A DNA stretch of 64,000 nt from Desulfonauticus sp. 38_4375 (GCA_001507915.1 LGER01000002.1:10804-74803); one strand, 5' to 3'; shown: positions 29,037 to 39,123, counted from the stretch's first letter. The notes: generated by a model from the sequence alone, not told the origin. Numbers and translations: made by a program.

Positions 29037-31001
29037 TTAAAGGTTTTCTTTTACAAAAGCCAAAGCCTTTTCTAAGGTAAAACCATATTTTTCTTCCAGA
29101 ACCTTAGCTGGAGCTGAAGCTCCAAAATGGTCAATTCCTAAAACTTTTCCCTTTAATCCTACAAATTGATACCAGATATCCGGACTACCTGCCTCAAAGG
29201 CAAAGCGCTTTTCCACTGCTGAAGGCAGGACCTGTTGTTGGTATTCCAGAGGTTGCTCTTTAAAGAGCTCTACGCAAGGCATGCTTACCACTCTGGTGGG
29301 AACATCTAAGGATTTAGCCACAGCCAGAGCCAGATGAACTTCAGAACCAGTGGCTATGATAATTACCTCTGGCTTTCCAGTCTCAGCCTCTTTTAAGATA
29401 TATCCACCTCTGAAAACTCCTTCTGGAAGCTGAGGATAATTATTTTCATCTAAAACAGGCAAGCTTTGGCGGGTAAACAATAGAAAGCTTGGTCTATCCT
29501 TTTGTTTTAGGGCAATTTCTAAACAATACTTACTTTCATTGGCATCAGCAGGTCTAAAGACCAGAGAATTGGGAATAAGCCTTAAGGAACTGGCGTGCTC
29601 TACTGGTTGATGGGTAGGTCCATCTTCTCCCACATAAAAAGAATCATGGGTAAAAATATGTACTACAGGCAGTTTTTGCAGAGCAGCCATTCTCAAGGCA
29701 TTTCGTTCATAATCAGAAAAGACCAAAAAGGTGGCTCCAAAACCCACCAGGCCGCCATGTAGGGTCAAGCCATTTAAAATGGCTCCCATGGGAAATTCTC
29801 GCACTCCAAAGGCCAAATAACGTCCCTGGGGGTTTTCCAGGTTATCAAATAATCCTACACTTTCTCTAAATTTAACTGTCTGGTTGGAAGGATCCAGGTC
29901 AGCAGAGCCTCCCATTAAATTGGGCAGGGTATCAATAAGACTTTCCAGGCAAGCTCCAAAGGCCTTACGGGTAGCTAAGGGAGTTTCTGGAGAAAAGTTG
30001 GGCCAGTTAAAAACCCTTTTTTCTGGAGCGCTAAAAATAAAGTCAAAAAATTCCTTTTTGCTTCCCTGAAGCCGGGCAACCTGACTTTGCCATTTTTTAG
30101 CCTCTTCTCGTAAGGTACTAAAACGAGCCTGAAAATGCTCAATCACATCTTCAGGCAGGTAAAAGTCTTCTAAAAGAAGGCCTAATTTTTCTTTGGTAGC
30201 CTTAATTTCTTCTACAGAGAGAGGAGAGCCGTGAGTTTTTTCACTGCCTTCCAAAGTGGCACATCCCTTGGCCATGGTAGTGTGCCCAATAATTAAAGTG
30301 GGCCTGCTTGTTTCTGCTTTAGCTTGAGTTAAAGCCTCTCTTATCTCTTGGTGATTGTGACCGTCTATTTCCAATACCTGCCAGCCAAAACTGGAAAAAA
30401 GTTGCTTGTAATCAGTACTATCACAACGGGCAGTAGGCCCTGCCAGTTGAATTTTATTGCTATCATAATAGACAATAAGTTTTCCCAGTTTCCACTTTCC
30501 AAAAAGAGAAGCACTTCCTAAAACCACAGGCTCCTGCATATCACCGTCTGAAGCCAGGACATAGGTATAATGATTGCAAATCTCTTCCCCCAACTTGGCC
30601 CGCAAAAAGCTTTCAGCTACAGCCATTCCTCCAGCCATAGCAAAACCTTGCCCTAAGGGGCCGGTGGTCGCTTCCACTCCAGGAGTGAGGTCGTGTTCTG
30701 GATGGCCTGGGGTTCTGCTTCCCCATTGGCGAAAGTTTTTTAGATCTTCTATAGATAAAAAGCCGCACAAAGTAAGTAAGCTATAAAGAAGCATGGATTC
30801 ATGCCCTGCAGAAAGGACAAAACGGTCTCGATTAAACCACTTGGAGTCATCAGGATTAAATTGGAGAAAATCCTTAAACAACACATAGGCAAAATCTGCA
30901 GAGGACATGGCACCACCAGGATGGCCCGAGTTGGCCTTGCGTGTGGCATCAATAATTAATCCTTTGATAACATTAACACTTTTTACATCTAAGTTTTCCA
31001 T
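29037..31001 (-). CDS. tkt: transketolase
   Basis: ORF 29037..31136; preferred start Met46 (MENLDVKSVNVIKGLIIDATRKANSGHPGGAMS) at 31001. SDGDMQEP and THDSFYVGEDGPTHQP. Confidence 0.9.
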   Translation of the reverse strand: MENLDVKSVNVIKGLIIDATRKANSGHPGGAMSSADFAYVLFKDFLQFNPDDSKWFNRDRFVLSAGHESMLLYSLLTLCGFLSIEDLKNFRQWGSRTPGHPEHDLTPGVEATTGPLGQGFAMAGGMAVAESFLRAKLGEEICNHYTYVLASDGDMQEPVVLGSASLFGKWKLGKLIVYYDSNKIQLAGPTARCDSTDYKQLFSSFGWQVLEIDGHNHQEIREALTQAKAETSRPTLIIGHTTMAKGCATLEGSEKTHGSPLSVEEIKATKEKLGLLLEDFYLPEDVIEHFQARFSTLREEAKKWQSQVARLQGSKKEFFDFIFSAPEKRVFNWPNFSPETPLATRKAFGACLESLIDTLPNLMGGSADLDPSNQTVKFRESVGLFDNLENPQGRYLAFGVREFPMGAILNGLTLHGGLVGFGATFLVFSDYERNALRMAALQKLPVVHIFTHDSFYVGEDGPTHQPVEHASSLRLIPNSLVFRPADANESKYCLEIALKQKDRPSFLLFTRQSLPVLDENNYPQLPEGVFRGGYILKEAETGKPEVIIIATGSEVHLALAVAKSLDVPTRVVSMPCVELFKEQPLEYQQQVLPSAVEKRFAFEAGSPDIWYQFVGLKGKVLGIDHFGASAPAKVLEEKYGFTLEKALAFVKENL

Positions 31002-31041
31002 TTTCTTTAATCTTTCTTTTAGGTTTGAGAGGTTAAACATT

Positions 31042-31061
31042 AAAAAAACAGCCGACAGGCG
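31042..31061 (-). terminator. weak candidate intrinsic terminator after the ech operon
   Basis: On the minus strand, a short GCC/GGC stem (CGCCUGUCGGCUG) is followed by U7. The stem is only 3-4 bp. Confidence 0.25.
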
Positions 31062-31150
31062 AGGGAAACCAAGAAAACCAGACAAAGTCAAGTCTTGATT
31101 TCCTTCTTTTTTAAGCAAAAAAAATTTTAGATACAAGGAATTTTTAAAAA

Positions 31151-31522
31151 TTATTTCTTGTCTTGTTTTCTTTTAGGAGGAGTTCCTTTTAAGAGAATCT
31201 CTTTTTTTTCTAAACAGGGTAAGGGAAAGTCTGTTGTATGAGTAAGACATTTTACAGGGCAGGCTGCTTCGCAGTTGCCACATAAAATACATAGATAAGG
31301 TTTATACTGCCAGGTACCTTCTTGTTTATTTATTTCAATACAATTGGCAGGGCACTTTAAAGAACAAGAACCACAAAAAATACACTTTTCTACTTGATTT
31401 TTTAAAATCCCTCTAACCTCAGGATAGGGAGCTCTTTTTTGATAGGGATAGGGCCTGGTACTTTTCCTTTTTAGCAAGTTAGTTAAAACTGTAGTTAAAA
31501 AAGGAGGAAATTTATACTCCAT
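31151..31522 (-). CDS. echF: Ech-type hydrogenase 2x[4Fe-4S] ferredoxin subunit (EchF/NuoI/HycF-like)
   Basis: 123 aa. CIFCGSCSLKCP and CILCGNCEAACP. Confidence 0.8.
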   Translation of the reverse strand: MEYKFPPFLTTVLTNLLKRKSTRPYPYQKRAPYPEVRGILKNQVEKCIFCGSCSLKCPANCIEINKQEGTWQYKPYLCILCGNCEAACPVKCLTHTTDFPLPCLEKKEILLKGTPPKRKQDKK

Positions 31523-31525
31523 CTA

Positions 31526-32602
31526 TTATCTCTCCGTACAACTAATACAGGGGTCAATAGATAAAATTACAACAGGGACATCTGCCAGTTCTATACCTGT
31601 CAACATTTTAGCTAGAGCAGGTACATTGGCAAAAGTAGGAGTTCTAATTCTAAGCCTATCTAAAAATTTACTGCCATTTGCTTTAAAGTAATAAAATACT
31701 TCTCCTCTTGGCTGTTCCACTCTAAATACATTTTCCCCTTCAGGATATCCTTTTACTTTTACACTTATAGGTCCTTCAGGTATTTTGCTTAGGGCCTGTC
31801 TTATTAAATCTATAGATTGAAACAGTTCAAAATAGCGAACTTGCATTCTGGCAAAGGAATCTCCTTCCTGGGCGATTACAGGTTCAAAGTCCAATTCTGA
31901 AAAGGCAGCATATTGGAGTTGCCTACAGTCTTGCGCTACGCCACTGGCCCTTAACACCGGTCCAACTGCTCCCAGATAAAGAGCTTCTTCTGCAGATAAT
32001 ATTCCTTTTCCTTTGGTTCTTTTGGATATAGTGTAATCTTTGAAGAGAGTATCTTTTACTTCTTCCAGTTTATTTTCTATTTCTTTTAATTCAGCTAAAA
32101 TCCACTTTTGGTCTTCTGTACTTAAATCTCTTTTAACTCCACCCAAAATATTGACAGAAACTATAATTCTGTTTCCTGCAGTTTTTTCATTTATATCCAG
32201 AATCTTTTCTCTAATACGCCAGAAGTGATAAAAAAGACTTTCAAAGCCAAAACTATCTGCAAATAATCCTAACCACAGTAAATGTGAATGCATGCGATGA
32301 AGTTCAGACCAGATGGTGCGTAAGTATTTTGCCCTGGGAGGTACCTCCACTCCCATCATTTGTTCAATTCCTTCACAATAACAAAGGGCATGAATTTTAG
32401 AACAAATCCCACATACCCTTTCTACAACTTGAATCATTTTGTGAATGTCTTTTATTTCGCAAAGCTTTTCTAACCCTCGATGTACATAACCAAAACCAGG
32501 AATAGCTTCTTGAACAATTTCATCTTCTACAGTTAGAGAAAAGTGTAAGGGCTCTGGCAAAACAGGATGTTGCGGTCCAAAGGGTATAATTGTCTTGGGC
32601 AT
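31526..32602 (-). CDS. echE: group 4 [NiFe]-hydrogenase large subunit (EchE/NuoD-like)
   Basis: 358 aa. N-terminal RVCGICS..H and C-terminal DPCISCTER Ni-Fe ligand motifs. Confidence 0.9.
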   Translation of the reverse strand: MPKTIIPFGPQHPVLPEPLHFSLTVEDEIVQEAIPGFGYVHRGLEKLCEIKDIHKMIQVVERVCGICSKIHALCYCEGIEQMMGVEVPPRAKYLRTIWSELHRMHSHLLWLGLFADSFGFESLFYHFWRIREKILDINEKTAGNRIIVSVNILGGVKRDLSTEDQKWILAELKEIENKLEEVKDTLFKDYTISKRTKGKGILSAEEALYLGAVGPVLRASGVAQDCRQLQYAAFSELDFEPVIAQEGDSFARMQVRYFELFQSIDLIRQALSKIPEGPISVKVKGYPEGENVFRVEQPRGEVFYYFKANGSKFLDRLRIRTPTFANVPALAKMLTGIELADVPVVILSIDPCISCTER

Positions 32603-32610
32603 GATTTTTC

Positions 32611-32958
32611 CTATTTATTATTTTTTAAAAAAAGAGGATTTTTTTCTGGATAAAATAACTGTCCCTTGTAATCTATATTTAATTTAGCAAAACTTAATCC
32701 AAACTGGTCTTGAATTTCGTTTTCCAGTAAAAAAGCTCCCTCATAAATACAAGTAAGAGAGGGAATAGGAGTGTCCTTTGCAACTATAATTTTAAGATGT
32801 TTCAAGCTTAAATTTAGGTCAAAGGTGTACAGAAGTTCAAACTTTTCTTCTACCTGGGTGCAGCTTATACTTACCAGACGGTATTTTTTTTCTCTTAGTT
32901 CTTTTACCTGAGTAAGTAAGTCCTGTAAATTGATTATTTTATAACTAAATTTTTCCAT
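32611..32958 (-). CDS. echD: Ech hydrogenase subunit D (NuoC-like)
   Basis: 115 aa. Position between the small and large subunits. NuoC-like size and pattern. Confidence 0.6.
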   Translation of the reverse strand: MEKFSYKIINLQDLLTQVKELREKKYRLVSISCTQVEEKFELLYTFDLNLSLKHLKIIVAKDTPIPSLTCIYEGAFLLENEIQDQFGLSFAKLNIDYKGQLFYPEKNPLFLKNNK

Positions 32959-33397
32959 TTTTTACCTTATCTTCTAAAAGTTCTACGCTTTTTAAGACTC
33001 CTTCTAAAATCGCCTCTGGCTTAGGAGGACAACCCGGGATATAAATATCCACAGGAATAATTTTATCCACTCCACCAATTACATTGGGAGCTTCTGCAAA
33101 TATTCCTCCACTAAGGGCACAGGTGCCTACTGCTAGAATAACTTTAGGCTCTGGTATTTGTAAATATAAATTGTTTAATATTTCTTGATTTTTTCTATTT
33201 ACAGTTCCAGTTACTAAAAAGATATCAGCATGCTTGGGATTGCCCACATTGATTACGCCAAAGCGTTCTGCATCATATACAGGAGTCAGGACTGCCAGAG
33301 TTTCTATATCACAGCCATTGCAACTACCACAGTCAAAGTGAAGCAACCAGGGTGATTTTTTTATTCCAGTTAAGAGAAGTCTTTTGATAAATTTCAT
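32945..33397 (-). CDS. echC: group 4 [NiFe]-hydrogenase small subunit (EchC/NuoB-like)
   Basis: 150 aa. CGSCNGCDIE, GTCALSGG and PGCPP. Confidence 0.85.
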   Translation of the reverse strand: MKFIKRLLLTGIKKSPWLLHFDCGSCNGCDIETLAVLTPVYDAERFGVINVGNPKHADIFLVTGTVNRKNQEILNNLYLQIPEPKVILAVGTCALSGGIFAEAPNVIGGVDKIIPVDIYIPGCPPKPEAILEGVLKSVELLEDKVKNGKI

Positions 33398-33398
33398 T

Positions 33399-34244
33399 TT
33401 ATCCTTTATATAACCAGATTAGATTAATTAAAGCCAAAATAATTCCCACAGACCAGGCATTTTTTAGCATAAAACGCCAGGTTAAACGGCTAGTAATGTT
33501 ATCTACAATAATTTCCAGAAAATAGGTCAGGAAAACCAAAATTGTGCTCATAAAAAAACTATTAGCCCAAAATAAAGATATAAGGCCTAAAATAAATACC
33601 AGCTCAAACCAGTGAGCTAGTTCTACTATAGCCAGATAACTACCTGAATATTCTGTAAAAACACCTCGTACAATTTCTTGATGGGCGTGATGAGAGGCTG
33701 AAATGTCAAAGGGTGATTTTCTTAACTTGATAGTCAGGGCAAAGGTAAGGATTAAAAAGAGTAAGGGAAGTTTGGCTAAAAGAGGATAATTTAGTTTATA
33801 GATGGAGCTTATTTCAAAACTTCCGGTAACTAAATAGATTCCTACAATTACTGCAATAAGTAAAGGTTCATAAGCTATGATTTGAAAAAGCTCTCTTTGT
33901 CCTCCTATTTGACTAAAGGGAGAAGATACAGAAAAGGCCCCTAAAACTAAAAAGATAGAGCCTACAGCCTGAACAAAAAAGATTAAAAGTAAATCAGCTT
34001 GTAAAAAGAATAAAAAGGCACAGGTTATTGCTCCACATAAATATACATAGGCACAAAAGGAAAGCCAGTAATCGGAAGTTTTACTTTCTTTGCCTAATAA
34101 TTTAAATAAATCATAAAAGGGCTGGAAAATAGGCGGTCCAATTCTGGATTGTAAGTAGGCTGTCAGTTTTCTATCTATCCCCAGAATAACTCCAATAGCA
34201 AAGGGGCTTAAGAGAAAAAGAAAAAGTTTAAGAAACATTGGCAC
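33399..34244 (-). CDS. echB: Ech hydrogenase membrane subunit B (NuoH/HycD-like)
   Basis: 281 aa, polytopic. RIGPP and SPFDI motifs typical of NuoH-like proteins. Confidence 0.75.
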   Translation of the reverse strand: MPMFLKLFLFLLSPFAIGVILGIDRKLTAYLQSRIGPPIFQPFYDLFKLLGKESKTSDYWLSFCAYVYLCGAITCAFLFFLQADLLLIFFVQAVGSIFLVLGAFSVSSPFSQIGGQRELFQIIAYEPLLIAVIVGIYLVTGSFEISSIYKLNYPLLAKLPLLFLILTFALTIKLRKSPFDISASHHAHQEIVRGVFTEYSGSYLAIVELAHWFELVFILGLISLFWANSFFMSTILVFLTYFLEIIVDNITSRLTWRFMLKNAWSVGIILALINLIWLYKG

Positions 34245-36154
34245 TAACGCAGCCCTCCACCCAAAAAGAGTAAAATAAAGATTAAGGACAATCTATCTAT
34301 CCAGAGAGCTAGTTTACTGTTTTCTATAACTTGCAATAAGTAATAGTTGCTGGTTTTAGGGATTACCCTTTGTCCCAGAGGATTTACATAACCAAAAGAG
34401 GACTTATCAATGCTTAATCCCGAAAAATAGGGAATTTCCAGAGGTTTTCTTTTGGCCTTAAGGAGAAAATAATGAGCAATAAAAAATCCTAAAATAGCCA
34501 GGGAAAATAAGGGAAAAAGAGGAAAGGAACCAAAACTATTTTGGAAGCTTCCTCCCAGCAGTAAATAAAGGTTATTTTTCCATATATGAGAGTAGGTTAG
34601 GATAAAGGGATAAATTTTTTCCTGGTATAACCAGGGAGAATAAGCTGGAAGTAAAAAAACAGCTAGCAAAAGAATAAGAAGGGGGATTCTGGTTAACAGG
34701 GATTGGGATTCCAGCTTTATTTTTTCTCTTAACTTATAGCCCATAAATAAACCTGCCCATCTAGCCCAGTAAAGCACAGTAACAGCACTGCCTAAGGCCA
34801 GCATAAGTACCAGCAGGATGTTTTGAGCAGAGCTTTCTATAGCCATCCACTTGCCTAAAAGCATACCAAAGGGTGGTAAAATCATGGCAATTGCCCCAAA
34901 TACAGTAATAATGGCAGTTAAGGGCATAAGGGTATAGAGATTGCGCATGTCTTCTAAGTTGCGACTGGCAATTTTTTGTTCAATGGTGCCAATGCATAAG
35001 AAGAGCAGGGCCTTGTTAAAGGCGTGGAAAAAGGTCAAAATTAAAGCAGCTGTGATACTGGCTGGAGTGTTGATACCTATACAGGCTATAATTAAACCTA
35101 AATTACTAATGGTAGAATAAGCCAGCACTTTTTTGGCATTATCCTGACCAATGGCCAAAAGGGCAGTGGCTAGAAAAGTAAAGCCCCCGCAAAGTGCCAG
35201 GGTGGTAGAAAAAAAGGTGTTAGCAAAGAGGGGAGAAAACCTTAAAAGTAAATAAATACCAGCTTTTACCATAGTAGAAGAGTGTAAAAGAGCAGAAGTG
35301 GGAGTAGGAGCTACCATGGCACCTAAAAGCCACTTTTGAAAAGGAAGCTGGGCAGATTTGACCATACCGGCCAGGCAGATGTAGGCCAAAAAGAGTAAAA
35401 ACAAGCTGTTTACTGGCGCCTTTTGGACAATTTTAAGGATATCTACCGAGGGAAAAATAAAGTATAACCCTGTACTTCCTATTAGGAAAAAAAGCCCTCC
35501 CAAACTATTTAAACGCAAAGCCAAAAGGGAGTTGGCCACTGCTTCTTGAGTCCTGTCATGCCCAATAAGAAGATAAGAACAAAGCGTAGTTATCTCAAAA
35601 AAGAAATAAAAGTGAAGTAAATGATTGGTTATAATAAGTCCATTCATGCCAGCTACAAAAAGAAGCAAAATGCAAAAAAAGTTATTATTGGAAGTAGTTT
35701 TTAAGGAAAAGTGTTCTCTATGTTTTTGCATGTAAGGAATGGCATGAATAAAGATAAAAAGAGAGATAATATTTACAAAAAGAAGCATAATTTGAGAGAT
35801 GTTATCTATATTGATTAAAAAGTTAGGACTGTTATCAATTTTTAATTCTAAAAAAAGTAAGAGTAGTAATGATGAAATGTTAAAAAATAGTATTGGTTTG
35901 TCTTTATTTTCCCATCCTTTTTTTATAAAAAAAAGTAAAAGTATAAAATCAAGAACAGTAATTAGGTGAGAGTAATTAAACTTTAAGTTAAGTTGTGAAT
36001 CAAAGTTGTTGAGATTAAATATCTTTATGGAGATAATTGAAGTTGTTATGAGCGCTAAAATAGGAATGTATTTTGCTTTAGAAAAGGGAACAATATATAC
36101 TAATAAGGCTGCCAGTAAAGGAATAGAGAGGAGAGTTAAAATATAAATATCCAT
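34244..36154 (-). CDS. echA: Ech hydrogenase membrane subunit A (NuoL/antiporter-like)
   Basis: 636 aa, polytopic. AMVAPTPTSALLHSSTMVKAGIYLL is the NuoL/Mrp antiporter signature. Confidence 0.8.
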   Translation of the reverse strand: MDIYILTLLSIPLLAALLVYIVPFSKAKYIPILALITTSIISIKIFNLNNFDSQLNLKFNYSHLITVLDFILLLFFIKKGWENKDKPILFFNISSLLLLLFLELKIDNSPNFLINIDNISQIMLLFVNIISLFIFIHAIPYMQKHREHFSLKTTSNNNFFCILLLFVAGMNGLIITNHLLHFYFFFEITTLCSYLLIGHDRTQEAVANSLLALRLNSLGGLFFLIGSTGLYFIFPSVDILKIVQKAPVNSLFLLFLAYICLAGMVKSAQLPFQKWLLGAMVAPTPTSALLHSSTMVKAGIYLLLRFSPLFANTFFSTTLALCGGFTFLATALLAIGQDNAKKVLAYSTISNLGLIIACIGINTPASITAALILTFFHAFNKALLFLCIGTIEQKIASRNLEDMRNLYTLMPLTAIITVFGAIAMILPPFGMLLGKWMAIESSAQNILLVLMLALGSAVTVLYWARWAGLFMGYKLREKIKLESQSLLTRIPLLILLLAVFLLPAYSPWLYQEKIYPFILTYSHIWKNNLYLLLGGSFQNSFGSFPLFPLFSLAILGFFIAHYFLLKAKRKPLEIPYFSGLSIDKSSFGYVNPLGQRVIPKTSNYYLLQVIENSKLALWIDRLSLIFILLFLGGGLR

Positions 36155-36162
36155 GAAGAAGG

Positions 36163-36191
36163 ACTTTATCTCACTTAGGGTTAAAAGTCAA
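36163..36191 (-). promoter_or_regulatory. candidate promoter of the ech operon, possibly giving a leaderless or near-leaderless echA mRNA
   Basis: Minus strand: TTGACT (36191-36186), N17, TAAAGT (36168-36163). Only 8 nt separate the -10 from ATG 36154, and no SD is present. Confidence 0.3.
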
Positions 36192-36209
36192 GTTTTTAAT
36201 GGTGTTTTA

Positions 36210-36225
36210 TTGCCTTTACAGGCAA
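36210..36225 (-). terminator. hairpin 2 nt after the thioesterase stop (no U tract)
   Basis: UUGCCU-GUAA-AGGCAA on the minus strand: 6-bp stem, tetraloop. It lacks a following U run. Confidence 0.2.
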
Positions 36226-36227
36226 GG

Positions 36228-36947
36228 CTAGAACTTTAAGTTCAAATTAATAGCCAAAAGAGGGGTAGAGGCTTGGTCCTCTAAGTTAAGTTGAATTAAG
36301 CCCTTTTCTTTTTTCCCTTTGCAAATAATTTTTTCTTTAGGCTTAGCAACTTCTTTAAAAAAGAGTACATCCAGGGAGTGCAGGTAAGAGTCTTCCATCT
36401 CTTGGGGCAGACTCTCTAGAGCAAGGGCGATAAGGATGGCATTGTTTACATGCTGATTTAAGTCAAAATCCAATTTGCGGGAAATATATTCTTCTTTCCA
36501 GGTATATCCACTATTTTGCTTTTCAGGTTTAGGTTTGGGAAAGGTAAGAATGTCCTTTTTATTTTCGTGTTTTTCCAGCCATTCTTTGGGTATAGAAGCA
36601 ATTTTTCTCCTGTTTACATCTAAAAGAGACCACAAAGTGGTGCATTTGGCCAGAATACTATTTTCCTTTTCTATTAAAAAATCTCTTTTAGCAAAAAATT
36701 TATTTAAATTTACTGAACAGGTAGATATATTATAAAATTCATTTAAAGAGGGAAGATTATATATTTCCAGATAAAGCCTGGTAAGTACCCAGGAAAGTCC
36801 TTTTTCCCATAATAGATGACTGGAAAAAAATTTTTGACTGCTATCTTCATAGGCAGCTTGCTGGATAGAGTTAAGCAAAGATAACAAAGAAAGTTTTTTA
36901 TTTTTATCTACTTCAAAGATTTTTACTTTAAATCGGGTTTTGTACAT
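36228..36947 (-). CDS. acyl-ACP thioesterase family protein
   Basis: 239 aa. N-terminal pattern YKTRFKVKIFEVDKNKKLSLLSLLNSIQQAA and the double hot-dog length resemble the acyl-ACP thioesterase family. Confidence 0.6.
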   Translation of the reverse strand: MYKTRFKVKIFEVDKNKKLSLLSLLNSIQQAAYEDSSQKFFSSHLLWEKGLSWVLTRLYLEIYNLPSLNEFYNISTCSVNLNKFFAKRDFLIEKENSILAKCTTLWSLLDVNRRKIASIPKEWLEKHENKKDILTFPKPKPEKQNSGYTWKEEYISRKLDFDLNQHVNNAILIALALESLPQEMEDSYLHSLDVLFFKEVAKPKEKIICKGKKEKGLIQLNLEDQASTPLLAINLNLKF

Positions 36948-37911
36948 AAGTTCTTACTGGCAATAAAGAATAAAGGGGCTGTTCTTTTCTCCCCACTCCC
37001 ACAGCTCCCTTGTCTAAGTAAAGCACAAAGGCATAGGTGGGTTCAAAGTAGCTGGTGGTAGAAGATAAATAAAGATTTTTCAAGTCCTTAAATCCCTGCT
37101 CCTTTTCCAGGGCTGGATACATGTAAGCACAATTGACCAAGCTTTCCAGTTCATTAATGTTGGGAATTCTCCAGGTATATTTAGAGGCAGAGTTAAACTC
37201 TTTTAAACAAGTAAAAGCTTCTTCCCAGCTTAGATTTTCTTCTAGATAACCCTTTTCTAACCAAATCAAGTTGGTGTTTGTGTCCAATATTCCATCTTCT
37301 ACTTTCTTAAAACGTTTATCCATACTTTTCCCAAATTTATAAAATCCATCGTCAAAATCAATAAAACTCTTTTTTTGACCTGTAGATAAAATGTTTTTGC
37401 TTTCTCCAGCTACAGGACAAACTAGATAGTATTGATCCTTTCTTCCGTAAAACATTCTACTCCCTTCTAAGTGAATAGCCCAGGCATAATTGTTATCACT
37501 GGCTACAGTTGTGGAAGTCCAGTACCAGCCTAAGGTAGTGTTTTTAAAAGGATGAGGAGAGGGTAAAGCAGGCTTTTTATGGCCTGGAGAAAAAATACTT
37601 CTTAGCTCTCTACGGTTGGGTAAGCGCCAGTTATTTTTACCTAAAAAATTTTCTTTATTTAACTGATTGATTAAAGAGAAGGCTTCTGCCCAGGTTTGTG
37701 GAAAATCAAAAAAATTAAATTTTCGAGGAAATATTAAATTGGTTAACTTGTCCAGTACTCCTTCTTCTTTATAACTTGCAAATCTATTTTCCAGGCTTAA
37801 TCCAATTTTAAATTCAGCATCCTGTCCTGTGTTTTGGCAATCTATTATTTCTCCTTTTTGATTATAACAATGTTGAAGATTGGTTTGCAGGATATAATTT
37901 ACTTTTCCCAT
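36928..37911 (-). CDS. DUF1566 (Lcl C-terminal domain) repeat protein, no signal peptide
   Basis: 327 aa. Two copies of the W-R-[LI]-P-N-x-x-E-L motif (WRLPNRRELRSI, WRIPNINELESL). Overlaps both neighbours. Confidence 0.6.
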   Translation of the reverse strand: MGKVNYILQTNLQHCYNQKGEIIDCQNTGQDAEFKIGLSLENRFASYKEEGVLDKLTNLIFPRKFNFFDFPQTWAEAFSLINQLNKENFLGKNNWRLPNRRELRSIFSPGHKKPALPSPHPFKNTTLGWYWTSTTVASDNNYAWAIHLEGSRMFYGRKDQYYLVCPVAGESKNILSTGQKKSFIDFDDGFYKFGKSMDKRFKKVEDGILDTNTNLIWLEKGYLEENLSWEEAFTCLKEFNSASKYTWRIPNINELESLVNCAYMYPALEKEQGFKDLKNLYLSSTTSYFEPTYAFVLYLDKGAVGVGRKEQPLYSLLPVRTYVQNPI

Positions 37912-39113
37912 ATTCTCTTATCTAGGATTTTTTTACTATCTTCAATCACGGGGCATTCCTCAATAAAAACAGAAAGTTTTATCTTTTCTTTTAATTGGGA
38001 AAATAAGGCCTTTGTATTGGTTTGTCCTTGAATATACAGAGTAAGTTTTTCTTTACCCTGGGGATTTTCTATGACCAATTGCCAGTTTTTTATCTCTGGA
38101 AAATTACTTATAACCTCTTGCACCTGATGTTCATAAACAAACTGTCCCTTTACTTTTACTGTGTTATCCACTCTGCCCACAATGGCCTTTATCCTGGGAC
38201 TGGTGCGGCCACAGGCACAATAACTGTCATCTAAAATGGCCAGATCTCCAGTGCCTAAGCGAATCAAGGGATAGGTTGAAGAAAAGGGCGTGACCACCAC
38301 TTCTCCTATCATACCAGGAGGGAGGACTTCACCGCTTTGGGGATCGCAGATTTCTACCCAGCACCTGGTGGAAAGGTGCATGCCCTGACCACATTCACAC
38401 TCATAAGCAATACAACCTACATCAGCTGTGCCATAACCTTGCCTTAGGGTAAGGTTAAAACTTTTTTCCACTGTCTGGCGTAAAGAGGGAGTCAAAATTT
38501 CAGCTGCACTAAAGGCTACCCGTAAGTGAAAATCCTTATGCAGATCCAGTCCTTTGGCCTGAGCCCTTTCTCCAATGGTTTTTAAGTAAGAGGCCATGCC
38601 CACAAAGCCTGTAGCCTTTAATTTGGTCATCAGTTCTATTTGAAGATCTGTGTTTCCTGGTCCTGCTGGAATAATGGCGCAGCCCAAAGTCCTTAAAGGC
38701 TCTTCCATCATCAAGCCTGCTGGAGTCAGGTGGTAACTAAAGGTGTTTTGTACTATATCTCCAGGCCTAAAACCCATGGCATAAAAAGCCTCTGTCCAGC
38801 CCCAATAATCCTTCTCCCTTCCTTCAGGGTCAAATAGGGGGCCTGGAGAACTGTAAATATGGGCTAAATCTTGGATAGAAACTGCTAATAAGTCCTGAAA
38901 ATTATTTTCCTGTAAGGATATGAGCTTTTTTTTGGGTAAAATGGGAATTTGTTCAAAGTCTTTTTCTGTGGAAATTTCCAGTTTATTTACTCTATTTTGA
39001 AATTCTTTAACCTTTTCAAAGGCTAGTCTTACTGTTTTAAGTAATTTTTGAAACTTTTTTTTTCTTAATTCTTCTCTTGGTAAAATTTCCCAGGGATTGT
39101 ATACATCTGGCAT
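37899..39113 (-). CDS. paaK: phenylacetate-CoA ligase family (PaaK/F390-synthetase-like) adenylating enzyme
   Basis: 404 aa. PaaK-like pattern (SSPGPLFDP, YGTADVG, IRLGTGDL). Confidence 0.7.
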   Translation of the reverse strand: MPDVYNPWEILPREELRKKKFQKLLKTVRLAFEKVKEFQNRVNKLEISTEKDFEQIPILPKKKLISLQENNFQDLLAVSIQDLAHIYSSPGPLFDPEGREKDYWGWTEAFYAMGFRPGDIVQNTFSYHLTPAGLMMEEPLRTLGCAIIPAGPGNTDLQIELMTKLKATGFVGMASYLKTIGERAQAKGLDLHKDFHLRVAFSAAEILTPSLRQTVEKSFNLTLRQGYGTADVGCIAYECECGQGMHLSTRCWVEICDPQSGEVLPPGMIGEVVVTPFSSTYPLIRLGTGDLAILDDSYCACGRTSPRIKAIVGRVDNTVKVKGQFVYEHQVQEVISNFPEIKNWQLVIENPQGKEKLTLYIQGQTNTKALFSQLKEKIKLSVFIEECPVIEDSKKILDKRIWEK

Positions 39114-39123
39114 AAAAACTCCT

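Noticed and set aside
28048-29040. Five overlapping plus-strand ORFs (74-115 aa) opposite glpX
   Set aside because: They lie antisense to a strongly supported GlpX gene in a locally GC-richer stretch where stop codons are rare. They have odd Pro/Trp/Cys/His-rich compositions, no SD and no recognisable motifs.
31002-31136. 45-aa N-terminal extension of the transketolase ORF
   Set aside because: The extension (MYLKFFLLKKEGNQ...) has no counterpart in transketolases. Met46 gives the canonical distance to the SGHPG motif.
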